Below are positions 1 through 13,500 of a DNA stretch of 64,000 nt, piece after piece. The notes below the pieces were generated by a model that worked only from the letters and a program-made list of their open reading frames with translations, ran no database searches and had not been told where the DNA came from. The stretch lies in NCBI GenBank assembly GCA_964188305.1, contig OZ076886.1. One strand, written 5' to 3'. This stretch comes from Podarcis bocagei (Eukaryota). The position numbers and the translations under genes were made by a program. Position 1 is the first letter of the stretch, and each line of letters begins with the position of its first letter.

Positions 1-559
1 ACCCATTGTACGGATTCAAGTTTTAGTACCCTCAAGCAACACAGTTCATCTTACTTGTTGTAATAACTATTAAATGAATGGAAACTTCCCAGCTGCTGTC
101 CTCGTGTAATAGGGTGTGTAGGGGACAGTGAGAAACATTTAATAGGAAACAGAACAGTGGCCATTTAGTAGCAGGAGAAGATCACAAGGTTGCCTATGAA
201 CTGTTAAAAGTATTGCTAGCTTTAGAAATGGGATGACCTTCTGCGTAATTCAAGAAAGGTGCCACCTGGGCCGCTTTCCAAACTAGAACTATAGCAGTCA
301 GCAGCTATATCTTATGTGAAGGAAAGTGGCAGCTTACAACAAAACCCAAAAGTTGCTTCAACATTTAAAACATTTGGGCTGCTTTCCTACATTCCTACTT
401 GAGAGTAAGCTGGAGTAGCGGTTAGAGTGTTAACAGTGCTATTTTTCTATATATAAAAAAGAGGTGCTTGAACTTGCCACGAACGCCTCTCTTGTTTCTC
501 TTATAATAGCAATGGCGCCCACCTGAGAGGTGCTGGAACTGAGTTTTGGCTGTGAAAAA

Positions 560-760
560 AAGCCCTGTCAGTTTAGGACCAGGTTTTAAGTCCCAACTTG
601 GCAAAAAATGTGTGCAGCAGTAGCACACTCACCAAACTGAGTGACCTTTGGCCAGTCACTTTCTTGAACCAACTATCTCACAGGACTGCTGGAAAGAGGA
701 AATGGGGAAGAACACCTTGAGCTCCTTTGAGGAAAGGAGGGATCTCAATGCAATAAATAA
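560..760 (+). mobile_element. Decayed SINE-like element
   Basis: B-box-like GGTTTTAAGTCCC, core-like GTGACCTTTGGCCAGTCACT, AATAAATAA tail. Confidence 0.45.
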
Positions 761-1078
761 GCCCCATTAATTTATTTGTACCTGAGCGTACAAATAAAAG
801 AGGAGTGTCATGTCTACTCAGAAACACTGGTAGTGGTGTAGATATAGGAATGCATGTTAATGAGGTAGGTTATCTGTAATACTGGAATAGAATACTAATG
901 CACCTATCATAGGAACTTTGGGAGCTGCCATATATTGAAGCAGATCATTAGTCCATCTAACTCAGTAATGAGTTATGCTCACTGTGTGCTCTCCCACTTA
1001 CAAATGCTCCTATATAATGGGGGAAATGTTACCTTAGCCAGATAAGTTATGTGGGCTTTTTGTGTGTGATTTACAGTA

Positions 1079-1319
1079 CAGTGGTACCTCAGGTAAAGTA
1101 CTTAATTCGTTCCGAAGGTCCGTTCTTAACCTGAAACTGTTCTTAACCTGAAGCACCACTTTAGCTAGTGGGGCCTTCCGCTGCCGCCGCGCTGCCGGAG
1201 CACAATTTCTGTTCTCATCCTGAAGCAAAGTTCTTAACCTGAAGCACTATTTCTGGGTTAGTGGAGTCTGTAACCTGAAGCGTATGTAACCTGAAGCGTC
1301 TGTAACCTGAGGTACACTG
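1079..1319. mobile_element. Tc1/mariner-type MITE, subfamily A
   Basis: TA|CAGTGGTACCTCAGGT...ACCTGAGGTACACTG|TA; internal TAACCTGAA repeats; close relative at 41271. Confidence 0.88.
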
Positions 1320-2449
1320 TAGTTGTAACTTCCCTCATATATACAAAAGTTAACTGCTAGTGAAGACCATAAATCGAAGCTTAGCATATACGGTACATGT
1401 CATAGGACCACAAAGAGATAATCACCTTTATAACTAAATAGTTTGCAGGCAATGAGAAAACCTGGTCAGGAGCTGAGAAACTGCTTTACCCACAAGATTC
1501 TACAATAAATTAACAGATAAATGCTAATCATTGACTACATTCAGACAAATTTTCAAATTTGTAAAGAACATGATTGAACAATTATTCTGCTCCCCTCTTT
1601 CCAGCCAGCTCCTAGCTCTAATCAAACAGGTTTTTGTCATGCATGCTTCATTACTTTGATGACAAAAGCAGACCCAAGGAAAACAGAGTCTGATTTGCAA
1701 TATACTGTACTATACAAAGCACATGCCAAGGAGTGGTCCATCACAAAGGAGTAAAAGGAGTGTTCTGCTCTCAAGGAAAGAGAGGGGAACAAGTAATGGT
1801 TCATCTCAGGCATGCCAATCTCAGTAGAGTACCAGCTGTTTTGGCAGGGACCTGTTTTAACCTGTATAACCTGCTAACTATAAGAATGTCCACTGTTCAA
1901 GGTTCAATTGCACGGAGATGATTTTGTTAGAGATAGAATATGGGGCAGGAATTACTACTTCTTAATGTGAAGTGGGAATTGACCGATTACACTGCTCTGA
2001 ACTATGGCTGCAGCTACTTAAGGGAGGATCGCTCACTCTTCTATCTTGGCCTGATTGTCATGTAATAATTGGCAATTCCTTCATGCAACTTTCTATTGTT
2101 ACTGTTCCTTTTATTCAGTGATAAACCATTAAAGTGCTTATTGAAAAAGAACAATTTGTGGTGAAATATAAGAATGGGAAGTTGCATGAATTAAAATAAT
2201 GGTATCAATATTCATATAGGAAGCTTCCTTATACCAGGTCCAACTATTTGTCCATGTAGTATTGTGCTCCCTCCTCTGATTTGCAGCAGCCCTCCAGAGC
2301 CTTGGCTGAGACTGAACCATTTAACTGGAAATACCAGGGATTGAATCCAGGCTGTTGTGTGTGCAAAAACATGTGCTCTACTACCAAGTGTCAATGCAAA
2401 GATAACTTCCAAGTAGTATCAAGTCAAAGTAGTGGGATATTCAGTTGAA

Positions 2450-2830
2450 TGTGTCATATTCTCTTTTAAAGCCATCCACGGTGGTGATCATCACTCCATC
2501 TTCTGGGAGCAAGTTCCAGTTACTGTGTGAAGCAGTACTTTTGTCTGTACTGAATCTTCCACCATTATAACTTCATAAGGATGGCCCTGGATTCTAGTAT
2601 GATGGATAAACTTTTCTGTCAACCTTCTCCACACTATGTATCACCTAAATCATACCCCAGCTTTTCTCTAAACGAAAAAGCCCTGAATGCTCTAACCTTT
2701 CGAGGACTTGGATAACTTTGGTTGTCCTTTTCTGAACTCTTCCCAGCTCTATAGTGTCTTGAAATGAGGAAACCAGAACTGTATGCAGTACTCAAAGTGT
2801 TGCAGTTTTATTTTCAACTCATTTCCTAAC
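2450..2830 (-). mobile_element. CR1 LINE 3' fragment
   Basis: Reverse-complement similarity to the CR1 piece at 20220-20705; boundaries approximate. Confidence 0.65.
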
Positions 2831-3805
2831 GATCCCTGGTCTCAACCTTTGGTATCAACCACAAGCCCGACTACCTCACTGCTCACCCTGGCTCTAGATT
2901 ATCAATGAATGCTTTTGATATAGAAACTGGATTTAATATTTATTCCTCTCCTTCAACCACACAGCAGAGATAAATTTATTTTCCGTGTATGGTAGCTCTA
3001 GCATTAGCGTGTGTGTGATGTGTGTGTTCTAGACAGCAGTCAGTCAACTGCTCTTCTAACATGAGCAATAATGTGACCACATTGTTAAGACAGCACATGT
3101 TTTGGAGCCAACTAAATGTAAGATACTAGTTTTCAGTTTCAGAAGTTTATTTAACTGCTAAGACAAAAGACTGGGGTTGTTGTTTTCTTTACAAATAGTG
3201 CCCCATTCCACTCTTAAAGCTTTATACTATGAGCATCAATCCTAACACTCACAAATCTGCTTTTATTTTGCTGGTCTTGGTACTGCTTCAATACTCACAG
3301 GGCAATATTTGGCAATTCACTCCATGAATGATATGTTTGTGATTTTTATTAAGAGAATGGAGATTCAGTGGTGGTATAACTTTTCTCCCTTAGGCTATGC
3401 CTCTGTACCAGCATAATGTACAAGCTGCAGCTTGCTAGCCAGAAAATCTGAAATAGTGCTCAGTAGAAACGATAACCCCAGTGTGATACACAATCATCTT
3501 GGTGCTTAACAACAAGTTACAGGTGCTATTTTCATGCAATATTGCAAACTGGATAAAGAAAGTAAGTTTTCAAGGCAGCAAGTCTTTTCTTTAGGAACTT
3601 AAATGAGCAAACATTTTCACAAGCAAAAACACACACAGACTTCACTAATCTACTCCTTCATAAAGAAGAGGCCAAATTTCGTTTCCAAATTAAGCTATAT
3701 TCTTTCAATACTGAAAAATCAACACCTGGAAGGAGCCGAATGATTAACAACTTTGTTCTTTTCCAAATAGTGTTGTTCATTCTACAATGAATAAGTCACC
3801 AAACC

Positions 3806-3811
3806 TTTATT
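3806..3811 (-). terminator. Candidate AKAP8 polyadenylation signal AATAAA
   Basis: First AATAAA noticed on the minus strand after the stop (~285 nt); further copies downstream, e.g. 2975-2980. Confidence 0.55.
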
Positions 3812-4095
3812 GGGGAATATACAGCCTTCTGCACGCCCTCCAACCTAAAAGTGGATTAGACTTCCTATTCTCCATACTACAATGAAGAACAAGACTGCTT
3901 CCATAACAGAATAGATGAATTCCTTTCTTCAAATCAGTAACAAAATTGGCAGCACTCTAGAAATGCACATACAGGTACTGCACTGACATAAGATTTTTTT
4001 CCAGGGTGTATTGGGGGGGGGGAGAGATTATACAGCTAAGCCAGTCAAAATCATCTTCATACAATCAATTGATACAACCATTTATATGGTCATTC

Positions 4096-4536
4096 CTATG
4101 GCAGCTCTGCATTTGCTACAATAACTGGTTCCTCCTTGGTGTCACTGTTTTCAGCTGTTGCCATTTCAGTGGAGTTCCCTTCTCTCATCTCCAAATGCTC
4201 TTGTTCCTCCACTTGGCTTTCTGCTGCTCTCACTTCAAAGCTTTTTTGAGGATGGGCAGACAGTCCCTCTGTTGTTCCTACTGGCTTGATTCTCTCTTTT
4301 TCCTGCTCCTCCTCCTCTGCAGATTTATCTTCAGAAAAGATTATAGTAGAGCAAGCTCTCTCATCCCCTTCTGGTTTAGCAGTTTCACTGACTTCAGTGG
4401 TTGTGATCTCATCTGCAGCACTCTCTTTTCTCTCTACTGCAGCACTTTCTGTAGTCTTTTCAGCTTCTGCCCCCTCTAAGGCTCCAGAGTCATCAACAAC
4501 TTGGTCAATATTTTCATCTGTAAATGGGTCATCACC
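4096..4536 (-). CDS. AKAP8: AKAP8 exon 14 (acidic C-terminus, TAG stop)
   Basis: TGTCAG|GDDPFTDEN... open for 146 codons to TAG at 4098-4096. Confidence 0.92.
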   Translation of the reverse strand, partial: GDDPFTDENIDQVVDDSGALEGAEAEKTTESAAVERKESAADEITTTEVSETAKPEGDERACSTIIFSEDKSAEEEEQEKERIKPVGTTEGLSAHPQKSFEVRAAESQVEEQEHLEMREGNSTEMATAENSDTKEEPVIVANAELP

Positions 4537-7500
4537 CTGACAAAGGGAAGAAGCATATTATTACTGACTCACAAAATTGTCTGAACCTCCCTTAGACAGC
4601 CTCATACCTAGAATGCAGAAGTTTGCAACTGAGTGATTGAAATTTGAGCACCCTCACTTCAAAGCACAATAGCCTTTCTTGCCTCAAACAACTTAACAGA
4701 CTACATTTTTGCTAAATTATTTCATATGTGCCTGCCAGCACCCTAAAGCCTGTGGTACTATTTGGAAAGCTGACAATGTGTCTGCCTCACAGGAGTAAGA
4801 TTGGAATGCACTTTGCTGCAGTATATTTACTGTAGCATCAAGAGATGTAATTCTATAATAGAAAAATCCAGTGGAATCTTAAATAATTTTCAACACACCT
4901 TTTGAGCCTTCAGCTTAGAAGCAGAAACTGTTTTTAGGAAATACCCAGTTGCATCACAGCTATGAAGTGCTCAGCTCTCTCACCACACTATTCAACACTA
5001 GCAAGTCTATATGCTGACTGACATAAGGCTATAAACCAATGATGGGTACTCATACATTTTTGTGATCTCATTAAGCAGAACACTCTATGTGTCCAAGAAA
5101 CCTAAGGGAATGACTGTACTGGGAACCACTCATACAGCAGGCACACCAAACTCATTCAGACTGAGGTCATGGCTTGTCACTGACCATATCAGGGTCAGTC
5201 CTCTCTTTTGCTCTTGCTAGAATTTCTGTTCCTTTATTAAAGGAAACACCATATGGAAACAGCAGACACACTAGTGTTGTTCTGCTGATTCTCAAAACCA
5301 ATGTCTGTCATGTACGGGGATTAAAACCATTTTCTCCCCCACCCCACCCTGCTTTTGTGGATCACTCGTGGCTGACCTGCAACTGATGTACAACGGAAAG
5401 GCAGCATGCTAGTGCAGAAGTCTAGCCCTTAACCTTATCAAATTCAAGTGACAATTTCTGAACCACAATACTCATGAGGCACATGAGTTCCAAGTTCTCT
5501 TCTGGAGTCCTGCTTTTCCATCTATATCCATGCAGTCCCAACCCACAAAAATTGGGCCAGATACAGTACTGCCAAGGATTTCTGCACCTAGCAACTAAAC
5601 ATTTATATTTTATGACCCAGTTGGAGACTAACTGCCTCCATGAAAGAAGATCCATGCAGGTGAAAGACAAGTAGCGCCATCTTCTTTGACTGAAAATCAG
5701 CCAACCAGCTTTATTCACTGATGTTCTGTAGTTTCAGAGCTCTAGGCTCTACCCCGCGATTTGGATGTGTCCATTAATCGCCAATTATAGGGGTGGGGAT
5801 TCAAAGTCAAAAGCTTCCTCAGGAAGGGCAAGGTGCCAGCATCCTTTAAGGGAGGAAGTAATATGCCAATGTTCAAGAATAATTTCTTGATGCCAACTGC
5901 ATCACCCTGCCTCCAGCCTTCCTTTCTTGGGGAAGGTGCTGAGAAGATTTTTGATGGGGCAGCTCTGGCATTACCTGGAATCCTCAGATTTCCTTCACCC
6001 CTCTCAGCCTGGCTTTGCACCTGGGTATGGTACGGAGACTGTGCTGGGTGGGTCGAAGATCTCCTCCTGCTGATGGACAAAGTTCAGGTGTCCATGCTGA
6101 TTCTGTTAGACCTGTCGGCAGCCTTTGATACTGTTGATCATGAGGTGTTGCTGAGGCACCTGCGGACCCTAGCAGGGGTAGACGGAGTTGCGCTTGAGTG
6201 GTTCCATTTTTTCCTCCGAGATGTCCCAGAGGGTGGCACTGGGCAACTGCTCATCTGCCCCAAGGGCTCTCTCATGCGAGCTACGCAGGGTTTATTCTGT
6301 CACCCCTCTTGTTCAACGTGTATGAGAGGCCGCTGGGGGAACACAGCCTCAGTAAATAGGCCATCAGTGTCAACTACAAGCTGATGTGCTCAGCTTATTT
6401 TTTTTCACTGGACCCAGAGAGCAGAGTCTCAGTTTTACTAGTGTCTGTCTAGCAGAGACTAGTTAATTGGCAGAAACTCAGTCTGGTTAAGACCGAAGTG
6501 TTGCCATAGGGACAGAGCGGACACGTAGAGGAAATGACAACATCTGCTCCCCCATTAGTTATGCTTGCCATGAGAGGGTCCTGTTGAATCTTGGGATGCT
6601 CCTGGATTCCCAGGTATAGGAGCAGCCAAACTTGTTTCTTTTCGTCTTCACCTGGTCAGAGGGCTGCAGGCTTTCCTATCAAAAGTGGAACTCACCAATT
6701 ACATATGGCCATGTATGCTACATCAGCAAACCCTCAATGGTCACACAGGAGTCTCCACAAGACCTGCAAATACTCATCTAGGCTACCACTCTTCCCATTA
6801 TTGGCTCATCACATCCCTGCTTTGGAGATAAGTGGCGTCTTTTCCATTCTCAGCAGGGTAAAAGGCTAGTTTGATTTACAGAGCCATAGTGAAATATTTT
6901 GGAGAGGCCTTGTCTCACTCATGTCATGCACTGTCCAACAGTTGAGATCAGATCACCTGATGTCAACTTTCTCCCACACGTGATATTTGGAATAACATTG
7001 GGACTAACAAAATTTGCTTTGACTTTGGATGCTGTTCCCAAGTTAATTTTCTTTAATATGAAAGTGAAAACTCATTAGGGAAATCAGCATTACCTTTCTA
7101 CTCAAGAAAGTCCACTCCATGCTGTGAGCAAGAAAAAAATGCTTTTTCTCAACCAACCAGATAAATTTTCAAGCAGTGCTTAGGTTGGGCACAATGCTCC
7201 CCCTCAACACAGCTATATTTTATATTAGCAGAGGGTAGCCCGAGGATAGTATTTATTTTGCTAATTAATCTAGTTGTAAGCAGCTATAAATTTCTTCTAT
7301 ACTGGCCACGTTAACACATCACAGTAAGCCACAGTAAATGGTTTGCCATAAAAATGCAGATCCCTAGTTTAGCATTATGCCTGAACCTGGGATTGTGGTT
7401 TGTTTCACTTCAAGCAAATCAATGTGAATCCAAAGTTTGTTCTTGGTTTCCTAATCATGATTTGTTTGCAGTGAAATAAACCACGACCCTAGGTTTGGAC

Positions 7501-10500
7501 ATAATCTAAACCAGGGTCTGCAATTTCTCGCTTCTGCTTGCACTGCTCAGGGAGGAGTGAATGAAACCTGTATATGCATTCATTTTAAGCCTTTAACTAC
7601 AGTTTAGTGTAATGTGTGAATACAGCCAGTGTCTGCTAGTATGTGTATCCAACACATCTGGGAGGAGTGGGAGTGAATGCTAGAGAGGAAGACACTAATC
7701 AAGGCTCAGATTATACATAAGAAAGCAAAGAAATAATTTTGCTTCCCTCCATCTTATGTGAAAAGACACATGCAACACACTCAGCAATATTACTGTGATG
7801 CTCTGTTGAGGCCAAGCTGAAGCTCCTGCGCTCTTGCTCTGTGAAAAAGCAGGACTACACAGCAAACATCCTGCTTACTTACCTTGAGGTACTTTTCTAG
7901 CATTTTCACAATGTGCTTGCTATTCAGAACACTTTTAGCTACGTGGAAACTAGCCTTCTTGAAATGTTCAGCTGCCATCTAGGAAGTGTAGAAACACAAG
8001 TCAATATGATGCCCAAGTACAAAATAAGAATGCTGCAATTCTGGTTATCTTCCTTATTTTACAGCCATCACTTTTGCAGCACTATGCACTCAAGACTTTG
8101 TAAAAGAAAAAATACTTAAGAGTAAATATGGTCAGTGAAAAGCTCTTGCCATAGACTTCCTGGTGATGCTTCTGCCTAGGCATTTTCAACTTACGTTATG
8201 CTGGAGCTAGGGTTTTGTTCTATATTTGGAGTATTTCTATAAAATGACAAAAACAAAAGCCAGCTCTTCCTCCAGCAGAAGCTTCTGCTGGATTGCAGTC
8301 CCTTCAACAAATGGAATAGTTTCAATGAACAGAAGGGCAACTCTGGATCCAACACATGGTAATCAAAATGACGGAAGCTTATAAAAAGTGAGTCTAGGAC
8401 AGGAAACTAAAATATGCTTTATATGAACTAATAGATTTATCTGGGCATCTTTACTGCCAAAGGGGGTCTAATTTCACTATCAGAAGTGTAACCAAAACCA
8501 ATATGAGGTTTCTATAGTGCTTTTATCCAACTGTTTATATTTAATAGTGCTTTACTGTATTGATATTTCATAAGGGAAACTTCAATACATACTGCATAAG
8601 AACAGAACCAATTTGCACCTTCTCTTCTTACACAATAGATACGTTGGCTAAATTTTCATTCAAGCCGAAGTAGAAGTCGTTATATCCAAGTTTCAGTTAT
8701 AACATGGCAAGTTACACATGTGTCATCAAGCTATTCAAGCATTTATCAAATGTAGGTGTAATCTATGTAGCCTATGTATCTATGTATTCCTCTATTCTGT
8801 AGCCTATGTATTCCTCTATCACTGTTCCTAGCCCTATCACAGACTTAAGTCTTTCAGGGACTATAAGGAAAAATCAAGCACTGTAACTTTACTCATACTC
8901 CAATAAAGTTCTCCTCTTTTGTAGCTACAGGTGTCATTATTATGGTTTCTCAAACTGGAAAAACCATGCATATTATTGGCACTTTTTAAAAAGTAGACTG
9001 TACATAAAAGAATGCTTTGCTGAAGCCTCACAAAAGTGGTCTGATAGTTTTCATATTTCGAAAAGGAGATACAGAGAGACTCATGCCCTTGAGCTAAGAG
9101 CCATGACTCACCCAGAAGGCATTCAAATCACCTGCACTTACTTTTCCTATATAGTGAAAGAACTCTTAGGTTGAGTCCCAGACATAGGAGAAAAAAGGGA
9201 GAGATTTTATGATGGCCATCAGGCAATGCCTTGCCCCACCCTCCAGCCCTAAGAGCCTTCAGAATGGAGTTGCTCCCACAGGCATTATGTTTATGTGTCC
9301 TTTAGTGAACTGAATAGAGTGGAAGATTATGAGTCATGGAGGTGGTGAGGGTGTGTATGAATTAATCAGTCCTAAGATAATTTTTAATTGCTATCTTGCT
9401 AATGTTGCCAATACTGTTTTATAGATTATGAATGTTGTGAATCCTATAGTATGTTTTTTGTTGTAATTGTGCTGTTTAGCTTATTTTTTTAGTTGTTTTG
9501 TTAAGTGTTTTATGGATTTTAAATGTTTTATTGATGGTTTGTAATTGTTTTACTGATGAGTTGTTCATTATTCTACATGCTTTATGTTGCTATTGTGATT
9601 TTCTATTATGTTATTGTTATTTACTGTTTGTAAGCTGCTTTGCAATTTTTGTGAATGAAAAGCTGCACAGAAATATTTTCTAATCTATGCTATACTATCA
9701 TTTATTAGCAACCAAAAAGCAGGTTAGTCATGCCTTCATAAATAAGTTTTCAATTGTAATTGAGAAGCAAATCCCAGATTTGAAAAAAGTGTCAGGTATG
9801 GAATAGCAATCAATCAAAGAATTTCTAAGCCTGCATTACTAGACACACTAGCAGGTAAGCCCCATGCAGTTTGTGGGACTTGCTAAGCAAGCACACATGG
9901 ACTGCTTTCTAAATCAATGCACTTCATTAATCAATCATATAGAAAATACTAATACTGCTTACTCTGCGATTCCTGTTGTGATCAACAGACCTCAGGTGTC
10001 TCTGGAGAAGATGATGTTGTGCAGGAATTAGCATATCACAAGCCATACAATGAGCAGCATCTATCTTTTTAAAAAAGTGCTCCTGGCCAATTCCTGAAAT
10101 GGTACAAACACAAATTAGATGCATACAACTGAACATAAACTATTAAAATGGTGTAGTATGTTATTTCTCAAGCAGTTGTTTTGACACCATTCCCAGAAAT
10201 TGGCGACATTAATCATTTTAAGCATACAAACTAAGAAACAGTTGGTCAGAGAAACTAGAAGAGAATTCAAAGGCCAATGCAAGAAACTCACTACAGCAAT
10301 AATGGTCATGCCATTAAAAAACCCCCAGCTGCTACTGCAAAACTCCTCACAAGCATTAGCTCGTCTGTCCCTAGAACATCCTAGGGCAACATGACCCAAA
10401 CATAGGGGGAACTATTACAACAATGGCTATAACCTTGTTTTTTTTGTCGAAACATCTCTGCTCTTAATAACTGGGTACTCTCTTCCTCACAGCAACAGTT

Positions 10501-13500
10501 AACAGCCTGCCTAATCTATCAGAAGGTGGTGGACTCACCTTCAATGGAGATTTTTAAGCAGTATTTGTATGGCCATTTGTCATGGATACTTTAGTTGAGA
10601 TTTCTGCACTGTACTTTCTAGGTGGTGGATTGAGAATTCTTAATAGTGTTCCACTTACCTTTGAAAGGATCTGGTTTTTGTTTTGGACCATCCTTCTCCG
10701 TTAGCTCTTGTCGGCGTTTTCCAATTTTCTTATTTCTGTTCACTATATATTTCTGGGGATTGTAAAGGAGAAAATATGTGTAATCAAGTAAGTCACTGTC
10801 TCCAAAACTGAGTAAAAAGTCCAGCTAGAGGTGACATTGCAACTATACACTAATCACTCAAATTAGTGATCTCCAATCACTATGTAGTTCACTGGATAAC
10901 GGCTTCTTAACAGTTCTGTTTCAATCTTCCCTTCACACTTTCAGGTGGGACTCATCAACTCAAGCCCTAATGACCAACCAGTTAGACACTGCTATCCGGA
11001 AACATGCTGCATGTAACAAATTACTTGATAGTAACTTGACAAAAAACCTAGTTCAGGCTTCCTCAACCTCGGCTCTCCAGATGTTTTTGGCCTACAACTC
11101 CCATGATCCATAGCTAGCTGGACCAGTGGTCAGGGATGATGGGAATTATAGTCTCAAAACATCTGGAGGGCTGAGGTTGAGGAAGCCTGACCTAGTTTAA
11201 GAGAAACTTACAAAAATAACCACTAGCAATTCTTTGGGTATTAATCGCAATTACTAGATAGCAGAAGCAGTTCAGTTACCTGATAGTTGTTTTTGTTCAC
11301 AACTTAAAAACCCAAATAAGCATACCTGCAGGAATTCTACAGTCTTGTCAGGCAGTTTGGTCCCAATGTATCGCAGGACCTCCTTGTGAAATTTGCTCTG
11401 TAGATGCTTCTCCATTTCTTCATCATCAAAGCTTCGGAATTTACATACAGAGCAAGCAAACTGGATTCTAAAGGAAGGCATTGAATTTGATTTTTAGTAC
11501 ACATTCTTTATGAAATTCAATACATGAAAAATAAATACCATAAATTCAACTATTGTCCTAACAGAACCTAAGAAACATTCTGTGTCCCAGATTCCTTTGC
11601 TGCTTCAATCTAGGGTTGCACTGTTTGTTTATTATAGCAAACTATGCATAACTTTGCTACAATCTATTTTCATCTGGAGTTTACTAATATTTTGAAATTA
11701 TCTTATAACAGCAATATCACAAGATTAACAATTTAAGTTTTCATCACACAACACAAGAGTGCTGTAATTCTTAGGTTCTATCCACAGGAGTTTCCATATA
11801 CTAAGAAAGCATCTCTCCTGAAGAGCAGTCCATTTCAACCAAATTTTATAAAACAGGCATAAGACATAAAACCTTCTGGACCTCCTTCACACCCCTGCTT
11901 GACTCATGTAATCCACCATTCTTCTCCCTCTACCCATGCCTCCAGGCCACACACACGTGGAAAGGAGAAAAATGGGGGGGGGGGCACACTTGCCTTGACA
12001 AAACTACTCTAGGCAATTAAGGTTTTAAAGTTTCTCAAACTGAAGTGCCATCCTTAGAAACCACACACACACAAACACAGTTATGGAAATACTGAAAAGC
12101 AATATTAGTTGATATAACCAATTAACCTTCCAGAAGAGTATTTGTCTGTATTATAGAATTACATACATTTTGGAAGGGAGGCAGAAGAAAAAAATGTGTT
12201 GAGCAAGCCTACTTAATCTGGAAACAACCAAAGATATAATGAGCCTTGTAGACATGTATGGGATGCAAGATGAAGTATTTACATTTTGATAAATACAGAA
12301 TTTTGGAAGTGGGTAAAGGAGGACAGAGGAGTCACATAAAACACTGGCATGAGCAAGTCCTATAGAATCTCAGCTGGCTACCATCAAGCAACCATTGTTT
12401 TAATTAAATTATTAATTTCTACACTACCTTTTCAACTAGGTAGCCCAAAACAGTTCACAACGATATTTTCAAATTCTTACTATTTGTACATTTTATTAGC
12501 AATTTAAAAGACAATGTATGAAACTAAATTTTACATAGCAAGAGCCATTTGTTTTCCTTGAGCTGGAAAGCAAACTTGCAGGGTGGCAGCAAAAAAATTA
12601 CTTTTGTAGAAAGAGACAGCCCAAGAAACTTTAGTGAATATTCCTGGAGAAACAACAGAATGTTCTCAATTACTGCAGCCATATTTTGAAAGGCTTTATA
12701 TAATGTGGGTTTAATTTTATGTATGAAGCAGGAATTTAAGTTAAAATGAATTTTAAGCCAAAGAGGGTTAAAGATGTAAGAGTTTTAATCTGTTCAGTTA
12801 CCTGTCCATAGCACGATCACGCATTCGATCCCTCTGCCTCTGCTTCTCTTTTCTTTGTTTTGACTCTTCATCATCATCATCATCAATGCCATCACCAGAT
12901 GCTACAGAAAGTTAAATTAAAGGCAGTTCTTTAAGAACTAACGTTGAACTGCATTACAATGTCATGGGATGAAAATACTGTACCTTCTAATCTCTTCTCT
13001 CCTCTTTCCTTGACCTGCTTTTCTAAGGGTCAATTAAAGATCTACCATGTGAAGGCAATAAAAAAAGCACTTACCTCTATCAGTGTTTCATATGGCAAGT
13101 GTAATTCACAAATATTATTTACGTTATTCATTAAATTGCACTTTTTCAACACAGCCATAGCCTCCCTCATGATATACAACATAGGCATGAGGGCTATTCT
13201 CATAAGAAATACTGCCACCAGTGAAACTGCTTTCTGTTAGTCTTCACGCTTATGTCAGTCCTCTGAATGGTTCTTAGCTAGTGCAGTGGAAGAAGGTGGA
13301 GTGGGGAACAGTCACACTCATATCCCTAGTCAACTCTGAAGGTCACTGGTTTGCCTTGGGCAAGTCAATCTCAATCACAGAATGGACACTAACATTTCTC
13401 TCTGAGCTTCTTAGGAAGACAAGAGATACATAATAAATATGATGTAATAAATGAACAGTAACAGTAACAGAAGCAGAAACTTGAAACAATGTAGTCTCAA

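Noticed and set aside
1079-1319. Regularly spaced TAACCTGAA repeats resembling a CRISPR-like or operator array
   Set aside because: Internal sub-terminal repeats of a TA-flanked MITE in a vertebrate genome; no unique spacers or cas genes.
4006-4540. Plus-strand ORFs of 157 and 84 aa, and similar ones at 27927-28363, 38489-38939 and 56080-61995
   Set aside because: Antisense shadows of real AKAP8, AKAP8L and WIZ exons.
5833-6384. 183-aa ORF as a host gene or active reverse transcriptase
   Set aside because: Only a short stretch matches LINE RT and the rest is out of frame; decayed LINE.
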